The notes under the pieces are model-generated. The model was not told where the DNA came from. It saw only the letters and a program-made list of their open reading frames with translations, and made no database searches. Of a stretch of 64,000 nucleotides of DNA, positions 12,880 through 25,000 are shown piece by piece. Each line of letters starts with the position of its first letter. Position 1 is the stretch's first letter. This DNA comes from Paragordius varius (Eukaryota > Animalia > Nematomorpha), in NCBI GenBank assembly GCA_964247055.1, contig OZ176051.1, positions 12,214,001-12,278,000 on the forward strand, in the 5' to 3' direction. The translations under genes and the position numbers were made by a program.

Positions 12880-13355
12880 CCTTTTGGGGTAGTTTTATAT
12901 CCCTGAGCCCAATTTTGTAAAACTACAGTTTTGAAAGCTATTTTAGTTAAAATTTGATTATTAAATATATTCTCATGTGTGGGATTAAAAAGCTTATGTA
13001 CAGTTTTGTGACTTCTAGAGCCTGAAATTGGAACAGCTCCCAAAATGATCGAAACGAGCAGCTGACACAAAATGAAATCTATCAAATTTTTGCTGGCAAA
13101 ATGTAGCCTGAAAACTTTAAATGTGATATGCTTTTTCTAACCATAATATACATTTATTAGCTTATTGCATTAGCGAAAAAATATATATAAAAAATGGCGG
13201 CAAAAAGTTTGAGATAAGGATTATTTTACAATTTTACATTTTTTACAAGATTTTTTGCATAATGCGCCTATCTAAAAAAGTATATTGAAATTATACCAAA
13301 TTACTTTCTGAGATATTCAAATTACAAAATATTTTAGATAAACTACCCCAAAAGG
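12880..13355. mobile_element. ~480-bp MITE (family A), best-preserved copy, Tc1/mariner-like
   Basis: TIR CCTTTTGGGGTAGTTT / AAACTACCCCAAAAGG, flanked by TA on both sides. Internal AAAATGGCGGC and TAATGCGCCTA motifs are shared with other copies. Confidence 0.8.
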
Positions 13356-16035
13356 TAATAGAGTGTTAATATAATCTGAATTTACATAATTTTGTTGTTT
13401 TTTTGTCTGGTCAGTGTATCGTCAAAAAGGAGATTTTATGCACAAATTTAAAGGCCTAATTCTAAAAACATATAAATAACGGTGTCTAAATGCTTGATTA
13501 TTTAGATTAAATTGTTTTTAAAACATTTAATTGTGCCTAAACCGGATAGATAATCAAAACAATTTTTTAACCAATCATTAGCTTTTATTTAATATATAAT
13601 AAAATCATAATTTGACATGATCTATGTTGTGTTGTTTAACTTAAATTTTTTATCTGTATTATTATTTTATTTTAAGATAATATGACCCTGAGATTATTTA
13701 CTTATTACTTCAATTAACGAATTTGATGATAAATGGTATAAAATTAGGCTTAAACGCTCATCGTGAGTAATAAAAAAAGGGCCCTCTCTAAATTACCAAT
13801 CATAAAATATTTTTATCAGCTATCTATACAAGGATGAATATTCGTAAATTCATAATCTTTTTGGGATTAATGGTGATTATGTTGATATTCAAATCGGAAT
13901 CTTAAAGTATAGGTATAATTGACCAAAAATTATTATTTTACACGTTACAATGTCTTTGTTCGTTTTTGACAATTATTATTGAAATATTTTAAACCATATA
14001 TTTGTTTATCTTGTACTATATAGAAAAACGATCCATTACCAAAAGTTGGATAATCCGAATAAAAATCAATAACAATGGAGTTGTTGAAATTACGCTTTAG
14101 ACCCGCATCACCAAATTAATGAGTGAAATAAATCCATTTTACATATTATGATAATTAACAAATGATTTAGTGAAAAAAAGCATACTCTGCTTGATAATAT
14201 ATTTTTTTGCATTATGTAAAGCGTGTATTATAGTGGTTTGTAGCCTAGAAGAAACGATAGAAAGCCTTATTATCCAAAGTTAAATTACCGTTTCCACGAG
14301 ATCTCTTACCAGAAACTGTTAACTGGTAAAATTAAATTTTAACCAAAGGTGTTTAAAATGACTTTTTTATGTCATACTTAATCTAGAATATTTTTTATGT
14401 TTATTCTCTGTTGCTTTTATTACAAAAAAGTAGACAATTTTGAGGGCCAAAAATGCTGGGAGCCATGTCGAAAAAAAGAATATCATTGCTTTTTAGATGT
14501 ATATAAGATTATTTTGATCAATCAACTTTCACTACAAAATTTTCGCATAATATGTGCTACTTTTAACACTTTCGATATGGAATTGGCACAAAAGTGTAAA
14601 TTTTTTTCGTAAATAACGCGTGTCCAAAAACTGTAAGAACCATGAGAATCTGATTCCACCAGAGTAAATATTATTAACAAAATATTTTTATAATTGATTG
14701 TGAACACTGTGTAAAGCCCAAAAACACTCTAATTTATCGTTTATAATATCTGTTAATTATTATCTTTCAAATAATTTTCTATTTTCGATATATCATTATA
14801 TAACGGATTTTACAACTGTTATCTTAATATTTAACTTTGGAGCATTTTTTTAGTAATTAATATTTCCTGTGATAGTATTAATCTATGATAAAAAAAATTT
14901 AGAATAGTCAAGTTGGACATTATTGCTACACAGCTGTTTATCTTTGTTCATGGCCTTACAACCTAATTTTTTTAAGGTTTGAAATCTTATGATTTATTTA
15001 TCAAAAATTTCCAATATTGATATCAGCAAAATATGTTGAATAATAGCTGTAAAACTTTTAAAATTCGTGTTGGATCTTAAACGTTGTATATTTGATTAAT
15101 AATCAAAAGAACGCTAAGGAGCTGATTATTGTTTGGATTTTTAAACCACAAATTACAAGATCATACTAACTGTGTTTAGCTAAAAATATTTATCCCAAAA
15201 CGTAAGATCCTATAACTTGATACATTAAGATGTATGATTCACTATTATACATTCTCAGTTAAATTTCTCGACTACTTATATATTTGTGATGCTAAAAAAA
15301 TATTTTAAGTTCAACTCTAAAAAGGTTTATAAAATTTTTACAATAATAAATTTGTGCCTCAGACACAATCTAATATACAATAAATATTTATATATTTCGA
15401 TCTCTTTATAAATAAGGCTGATATGCCGATATTTCAATAGTTAGGAAAAAGTATTTAGTTAAAAAGGCATTAATTAATTTTAAGCTTTCTTCACCTCGAT
15501 CTCGTATTTTTAATAAGTTAAAAGTTTATTAACCTGGTTGGTTATGCCTTAATAACATATTCCCTATCTTAAATAAAAATATTACAACGCTGGTTTTTTT
15601 CATAAACATTTAGCCTCATGAGAATTTAGATATTTGTATATAAATATTATTCACATATAATTTAGGATTTAAATATTGGACATGATTGAGATTCGGAATG
15701 TTATAATATTATAGTAAGTTTAATGCGTTGTGATATACTTGACAATAATTTAAAAATATTAATATTGTATAAATAAGTTTACTAAATTAAATGTATATCA
15801 ATTATAATGTAGTAGATTAATTTCTATAAAAGTTTGATGATGGATGATTATATTTATAATTGGATACTATATAATATTAAAAAAATAAATACTGATTTAT
15901 GGCAAAAAAGATGAGTTAGGAGTTTGTTAGTTTCTATTAAACCTAATTGAGTTTGTCATTAATATCGGTTTTGGCATATTTTTATTACTTTTAACTTTTT
16001 ATCCATTAACTTAAAATTTCCTTTATTGAGCCTAA

Positions 16036-19000
16036 TTATTTGCAAGCGTATTCTTCTCGTTTCTCGCTACAAGTTCTACATTCAACATAACAACACCAAT
16101 GAAATTTACAATGGCATTGCCATACTCGGTCAGTTTGAAAGGTATTGTAACCGCGGCCACAGCATAATACATCACAACTATCTTTGCCTTGGGAAGTTTT
16201 ATTACAAGATCGTCCATGAGTACCTTTTAGTATCGCAAAAATTTTTTAGTACAAAAAATGAAAATAATATTAGTATTCCTCAAGATTCGGAACGTGTATA
16301 TACCTAATGATCCAAGACTTATATCTTTTTCGCAATAATTGGGCGAGTTTTGAATGTAAACCAAGTGTCCCTTTCGTGGTTTTTTATGGATTCCTTGTAT
16401 ATGATCTGGCTGTTTAAGTTTCAAGAAAACGGGACGTTGTGTTCTATCATGCATTAAAAACAATTAATTCTACTGAGCGCATCGTATAAATGTATATTTA
16501 TATACATGGACTCAAGATTAGGATAAAAAAAGCAAATCATATTGATAACTCAAGATAATCAATTTAGTTTAATTTCATGTCGAGACATCTTATACTTTCG
16601 GTTAGGTAATGTTCAAAAGAAAAACATTCAATTATCAAAAATAAAAGATATTCTATGTTGCTGCATAATAATTTTTGGTCAAATATAAATGCTTTATTAA
16701 TAATATACCACAAACTAAATAAAATAAAAATTTTAATTTTAATGAAATTCGGCATGAGGTTATAGAGTAAACGCAAAAGAGCTGATGTCGGGTTGATAAT
16801 TTTTTTATATGTTAAAAAAGATAAAATAAATTTTTAAGGAAAGACACTGTGCATTATCTATTCTTTCTAAAGGTATTTAAAGCTTGATGTAAACATTATA
16901 AAACACCTTCAGATAATTTAATACCTTTCTTTTTATTTGTTAATGGTGAAAAATTGGTCTATATATTTGTATGTATGATTCAAATTGTAGTGATGCTAGT
17001 ATATTTATAGTCTACACTTATTTTATGATGCAAATAACGTATCTTTAGTTTATATTAGTATTCCTCATGCAAATACCCTCCTGGAATTTATATTTGTGTT
17101 GTTTGAAATAATGTAAATTGCCTTTATAGAAGATTGTATATATCAGGGGTGGCCAACGAGGTGACCGCGGTCACTTTCGTGACCGCGACAACTCAAAAAG
17201 TGACCGCCTGAAAATATTTTTTTTAAAAAATTTTTATTGATTTTATTCGGATAGTTGGCTACTTCTGAGCGAATTTAAATTTAAAATACAAAAAAATACG
17301 GTTTAAATTAAAAAAAACGTCTAAGAAAAGGGTGAAAAAAAAATTCATATGTTTTGGAGCATTTGCATAAAACTTAAAATCAGTCATTTCCTCTGAATAT
17401 ATCAAAACTTTGAGCAAAGCTTATTCATAAATCAGAAGCATAATTGTGAAGTTAGATTTGATTTGATACACCAAAAGTAGGTTTTTAAAACTTATATTTT
17501 AGAATGAGCCAAAAAAAGTTGTACAGATACAAGAAAGATTGGGAGCATAAATACTTTTTTATTATGATAAATGAAACATGCACCTGTCTAATATACAATA
17601 GTACTGTTGCTTTGCCCAAAAAGTCAAATATTGAAAGACATTATAGATCTCTGCATCCACATTACTCCAAAAACTACCCCTTACAAACTCAAGAACGCAA
17701 CATTAAAGTAAAGGAATTAAAAGAACAATTATCCGCCTCACAAAATAGCATACTTAAATACAACAAAGACTATAAAAATGCTACGATTGCTTCATTCAAG
17801 GTAGCGGAAATACTCATTCGGAACAATAAGCCATTCCAAGATGGTGAAATATTTAAAGAAGCCTTTATTAGCGCTTGTGATATTTTATTTGAAAATTTTG
17901 ATAACATAAATAATATTATGACAGCTATTAAAAGCATAAGCTTATCGAGAAATACCGTTATGCGCAGGGCTGAAGATATTAGTAATAATCTTGATGAAAT
18001 TTTACATGAAAATATTAATAACTGTATTTTTTTTCCTTGCAACTCGATGAGTCCACCGATTATGTTGGAATCGCCCAATTATGCATTTTTATTCGTATGA
18101 TATTTAGTGATTTATCTGCAAAGGAGGAATTATTTATAATACCTCTCCACGAACGAACCAGAGGGCAGGATATTTTTGATTCTTTTTATAAATTTATCAC
18201 AGATACGAAACTTCCCATCGTAAAACTCGCATCTATAACTACTGATGAAGCTCCAGCTATGATTGGCGTTAACAACAGCTTTATCGCTTTATGTAAAAAT
18301 CACAGTGCATTTCCCAAGTTCATTGATTACCATTGTATAATCCATAATCAAGTTTTATGTTCAAAAGTTTTAAAATACCATCATGTAATGAACCCCTGTT
18401 TTAAAATTGTTAACGCCATTCGAACAAAAAGCTTGTCCCGCCGCCAATTTCGAATTTTGTTAAATGAGTGCGGCGTGGAATATGGAGAACTTTTATTACA
18501 TACTGATGTAAGGTGGTTGAGTCGTGCCGCATTTTTAATTAAATTTAGGCAACTTTTACCACAAATAGAAATTTTTTTTAGAGAATTCTAAATTTTCATA
18601 CCCTGAATTGAAAGATCAAGATTGGCTGCTTGATCTTGCATTTTTATGCGATATCACGGAAAAATTGCATAAATTAAACATCCAATTACAAGGAAAAGAT
18701 AAAACAATAATAGATATGATGGGTGCTTTACAATCTTTTAAGGAAACACTAACAGTAGTAGAAACACAATTAAAAAACCGAGATTTAAAACATATTTTTA
18801 ATCTGGCAGCGGTGTCTGAAAAAATAGAGAATCTCTCTTTTGAAAAATATGCAGATGATATTGGTCTGCTTATTAATGATTTTGAAAAACGATTTTCATC
18901 TATAACTCTAAGACATCGCTATTTTTTTATCTTGCCCATTTAATAATATTAATAATGTTGAATATATTGCTCAAAAACTCAGCCACTTTCTTGGTGTACC

Positions 19001-22000
19001 AAATTTAGCAGAGTTGGAAGAGGAATTAATAAATGTTGAATGCGATATCCATCTAAAATCATTAGGATCAGATATATATAAATTTATAAATAAAGATAAA
19101 TACCCCCATATTTGGAAAACCGCTGCATTTTTCAATTCTTTTTTTGGCACATATTTATGTGAATCGGCTTTTTCAATTATGAATGCTATTAAAACTAAAC
19201 AGAGGTCACAATTAACTAATAAACATTTAGAATCATGTTTGAGAATTGCTTTGACTTCATTTGAACCTAATTTAGATAAACTTTCTGAATTTTTTCGCAG
19301 TCGGGCGTTTTAAATATTTTTTTCTTTATTAAATATGAATGTTTATCGAGTTGAAATTTCGCTTAGGAAAAAGCCGATTTACTAAAAAATATGTGGATAG
19401 AATTAAAACTGATACAATTTTAATGTACTCTTATTTATGTTCAAATTATGGTTCTAAATTGGAATGCTATTTTTTATTTCTTTTATTTCTTTTATTTTTT
19501 GTATCACAATGTATTATCCCCTGTAATTTCAAATGCATTGTTTAAATTTTTATATTGTAAAATTTCATATGATAGAAATTTAATATATAAATATTTTGAA
19601 GTGTTTTATGTTGGTTAAAAATTTAGGTAGTTAATAACCCGTTGTCTTTTAATTAAAATTATTTTTGTATTTGGTTGAGATAAAAAAACTACAATTTTAA
19701 AATGGTTTAAACAAGTCACTCTAATCTGTAAAGCAGGTATATACATCATTTAAAGTGTTGATTGAGTTTTTTGATAAATATTTCTGGGTGACCGCGAACT
19801 CTTTTTTTAACAAAAAAGCCAAAAAAAAGCTCCAAAAAAAGTGTAGCCACCCCTGGTATATATATATATATATATATCGCTCTATTTTTCGAATAAATGC
19901 ACTATCGTTTGCATACGCTAGTTAATATTAAGTTTGAGGAATACGTTGATTATATGACAATTATAAGAGCTAACGAGATTCCAGTAAGCGACCAAGCCCT
20001 CAGAACAACTCGCTTATGTCGGTCTGTTGGTTGTGGGCAAAAGTCAACGATTGTATACGAAAAAAATAAGGCACAACATGGAGCGATTAAGACAACGGGC
20101 CTAAAAAAAATTTATCCCACAAAATCGAAAAATCGATTTGATTGAGGAACGTGTTCGCAAGGCCTTCGTCATTGGTTTACGGCAACGTCAACCGGAAATC
20201 GATATACATTCGAGGCACCCCGATGCCGAGATCAACGGGCAACCCGCGCCACTAAAAACGATAATGAATCTCGCACTAGCACACGAAGCTAGGGCCGGCC
20301 CTAAAAACAATAATTATAATACCAATCATGGCAATGGTATTAATTTAAATTGATTACAACACAACAATAATATTATGGCCATGCGTTAACGACGGCCAGC
20401 AGCAGCTAACACATTCATGCAATCGTTGTAGGCGTAGCCATGAACCAAACATCTGTCCTGCCCGGAACCGCAAGCAATAAATGCGGAAAACTCAACCACT
20501 TCGCTAAAATATATAGATGAAAAAACGCTGCCATGAGTATGTTCAACCCCCAAAATTATTGAAAGTAATGCTAATGTCACCATGGACATTAAAAATGATG
20601 ATAAACAATACAGAACGAGAATTTATCGACACGGCCTATATCATGGTAATCAACTTTGAGACATGTAGTTAGTTGGTAAGCCAAACCTAAACCCATACCG
20701 CCAGTAAAAGCCTACAATAATTGTATAGTACCACTATTGGGAGTAACAACGGTTACAATGCTAATGAATGAAAACTTGGGGAATGCAGAATTTTGTGTAC
20801 TGAAAGAGTAACAATGCACTCATCTGTAGCTTGGATTGGATCACGAAATTCAACATCGACATTCCTAAAGTACAAATTAATTTTCTTAAATTTGATAACA
20901 TTGATGAAAATATTCCTAATCTATTAAAAAATAGGTTGGCAGTGTGGCGGTAAAAATTGTGTAGCATCCAACGCCTCCACCAAGGTTGTCGACTGGCGCT
21001 TCCCTTAAGAGCAAGAGAGTCGCTAAGACTGCAGAAGTTAGACATTTTGGAAGCAAATTGCAATCTTACACCGCTTACATGGATTACGCAAATCGTCGAC
21101 ATATTGAAAGCGAACGGAGAGCTGAGAATCTGTAACGACTTTAGAGTCACGATCAACAACACGGACTATACCATATCATCCCAACTTTTTATGTTGGTAA
21201 GTACGATTGATGAAAGACAAACTTTCAGTAAGATTAATCCTAAGGCGCCTAACTCCAAATGCCGATAGCTAAATAATCGCAACACCACCTAACGATTTCA
21301 ACGCACAAAGAATTTTTCCGCTATAAAAGGATGCCTTTAGGACAAACAGCACCGATAATATTTTGGCTAGTCATGGATTAGGCTATGACTGTCCCGTGGT
21401 ACTTGTGCATATTGATGATAGCTGGCAAGTCTGAACAGGAACAAAATCTAATGTTTTAAATTGGTTAGAAATGACAGGTTTTAAATCAAGAAAAGATAAA
21501 ATAAAAATTGGTGAATTTTATTAAATTATCTGGGATTTGAAATAAGTAATAAAGGTATAGTACCTTTAATAATAAAGAAAAGCAATTCATGATTTTAACC
21601 AGTGGATTAAAAATCTTTAAGTAGTTTTATAATTTTTAATATTCCATGGAAAATTTATACCCAGGCTTCGATTGCTTTTAGTTGATTATAGTTTAACAAG
21701 TAGGGACTTAAATGGAACTGGTCGGAAAAACACGGGAAAAGTTGAAAAGCAGCAAAGGAATTGTTAAGTTTACAAGTATTTTTATCACCATCCAATCTGG
21801 ATAGAAAAGTAGTAATTGAAATCGAGATGGTGGAAGGAAAACCTATTTATGGTTTCAGAAAGTGACCGCAAAACTGAATTACTTTACAATAGAAAGGGAA
21901 CTCCAGGCTATTGTTTTTGCATTAAAAATAATAACTTCGTATATGGTAGAATTAAAGTTTTGACATCACCACTGTTTAGATTGATCACTAGGGATAAAAT

Positions 22001-25000
22001 TCAGAATGCGAAAGTTAAATATGGGTTAACCGACTGAATGATTATCAATTATAATTAAGTTATCAGGCGAGTCCGAAAAATTAAACCCAATTATTTGTCA
22101 ATAAGCCCCGGGAAATGTTGATACAACTGATATGGTTTACATGGTAACGAAACATATAAGGTTTCTAAATTGTCATAGCGTTTATTTAAATCGAGATGAA
22201 ATCCGGAGAGAGACAGTTAAGGATAAAATCTTGCCAAAGTTATCAAGGCGATTACTAATCAATATTGGAGCGATTTTGAGTTGGTGGTTTATAACAGATA
22301 AGAAGAATTTGCGTCAATACGGTTAAGTTTAAACGATCGAATCATTATTCCGTAAAGTTTACAGGACGTGGTTAATTATTTGCACAGCGGTCATAATAAT
22401 TGAATGCCATGAGAGCGATGGCAGGGTATGCATGGATTTTATTGATCCATCCCATTGCTTGTAGACATTTACTGTTTATAAAACATGTAATGTTTCTGCC
22501 GATTGCCGTTCGTTAAGTTTCATTGGAACACATTCAATAGTTCTGCCTTTTATCGTTTTCGCAATAATATTTATCAGAAGAAAATCTCTTTCACTTTAAA
22601 ATGACAGAAATTTTGGTTTCATGTTCTAATCGATCGAGCATGTTGATTATATGATACTAATACTTATGAATTTTAACAGCCTTTTCCTTCTGATGAAAAA
22701 GTCATACATGCCGAAAATGTTCTTTTTCAAGCATAATTGGACTTGATTACGGATTGATAAAATAGTTAGACACTAGTTTTTGACAGTCAATTTCAAGGTG
22801 TTTCAGATGATTGAAACGTCAGTAATAAATTAATCGCCTGCCTATACTTCCAAGGTTTTCTCGAACCGGTGATGACTTATGATTACACGAAGAAAAATCG
22901 GCCAATATTGGCTCTTCAATTTTAGGAAAAACCCATTTATTGTTATACAAGGTAAAAGATTAATTATTAGATTTTAATTTAGTAAATCATTATAATAAAT
23001 TAGTTTTATTACTTAATACCTTATAACTTTTCGCCTAATAGATTTTCCCCGATTTTGATTTCAATTGGGCCAAATAATAGATAATTTTATATTGTAAATA
23101 TCGCATAATGTTTATTGTATCACTCACTATATAATAAAAATTATAGCTTTAGATCATATTTTATCAGCGAATATTTGATATTTTTTGTTTAATCAGATCT
23201 CGCAGCTATCCCAACTACTCGGGATAAACCGTAAATAGAGACTTAATTATCTATTTTAATATTAAATTTCAACAAAAAACTTTTTGAATATATAACTCAA
23301 TTTAGACTTGCGCTAAATCATATACAGATTGTTATTTTTATACATTTTATTTTTTAACTAATGTATATTGTTCACCAGTTATAAAAATATGTAAACATTG
23401 TTATACCTCAATATAATTTATCATAAATTTGTGTTGTATATTGGTTAAAAATATTTTTTACCAATATTTTCGGATTCCAATATTTAACACTAAATTACAA
23501 TTTCCTGTTCGCGGTGACATTATGGGGTAGTTTTTGAACCAGAGATTATAAACAAACTATTTTGATAGTTGTTTTGGTCAAAAATTTAATTATCAACTCT
23601 CTTCTCCTGTGGGATAAACAAATCTAAATATCTTACAGTTTTTTAACTTCTATATAGTCTCAATTCAAAGCTTTAAACGATTGGAACAAACAGCTGATAA
23701 TATCATAAAATATTAAATGCTGGTAAATTTTAATTTGAAAGCTTACCAAAGTTAATAACTTATACTTTTATACCATAATACATAGTTGTTTGCGTGTTAA
23801 ATAAATACTAAAAAATGGCGGCGAATTCGATATAAATATTTATTAAAATTTTGCATTTATTTGAAAAAAAATGTATCATGCGCCTATTAAAGAAAGCGTA
23901 AATTAAAATTTTACAATAGTAATAATAACTAAATTTTGAATCGTTGGATTATACGGCTAACTTAAAAATTATAAAGTGTTAATAGCACTTAGATCAAATA
24001 GAAAGGCTGATTATATCAAATAATTATTTTAATTTTCCCTCCAAAACTGAAAATATATTTATTTTTCATCGAACATAATATTTGCCGTAAAATTCTAAAA
24101 AAAAATTACAGGCTCAAAATCTGATATGAGCATTTTCTGACGATTTTATATTAAAAGTTATTTTGTTTAATGCGCCTAAAAAACCTTAGATGCTGATTTT
24201 AAAACTAACTTCATATCCAAACCACAATGTGTTGAAATCAATAAAAAAATTATAACCATTTTTTTTATATTTTACACCTTTGCTAATGTATAACAAGAAT
24301 ATTACCCTATAAAAGGCTCACAACAAAAAAAATGTTACTAATTCTAGTAAACGCAACATAATCCAAATAATTAGAATAATCCCGCATTGTCGACAGTATT
24401 TTCTAAAAATTTTCAATAGGAGATAATTTTTTATTAGAAACTAATTATAAATTTAAAATAGTTTTTTATGCTAATATAGACTATAAGTGACGCCTTACAT
24501 TCGAGAACAAGACAAAAATAAATGCAATTCTGATAGGAATTACGACCTTTTTATTATTTTCCTCTAAATATTAACTCTATAATGGGGCAAATATTTTTTG
24601 GTAAAATAAAACATTATAAAAACTTAAGGATCGCAAAAAATAGAAAGCTTATCAAGTTCCATCCTACAGTCGCATACAAATTTACCTTCGATCCTTAATA
24701 GGTTCAACCTGTTTAGCTTGATCGTATTTTTTCTTAAGGACATCCCCTATCCGCCGAAAAGATGGCAAAATTACCCAACAAGTTTTAAGGGTACAAGAGC
24801 CTGAAACTCCGTGACATTTGCAATCCACATCGGCATTTACCCTAAGCGTCTTTAAATAAACAAAATATAAATATTTTAGTTAATAAGGTAAATTATAATC
24901 GGTTGTTTATGTTTAAAATGATGGCAAAAATTAAATAATAAAAGACCTAATGGTAAAATAAAAAAACCTTTCTTCCCACTCGATTATTGTGCAAATTCAT

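Noticed and set aside
4509-15900. Numerous 60-90 aa I/F/K/N-rich ORFs in the track (here and elsewhere)
   Set aside because: Composition is typical of chance ORFs in very AT-rich DNA, with no motifs or splice support.
16026-16307. ORF-track ORFs 16026-16307 (+) and 16032-16217 (-)
   Set aside because: Antisense or wrong-frame shadows of the last Wnt7 exon.
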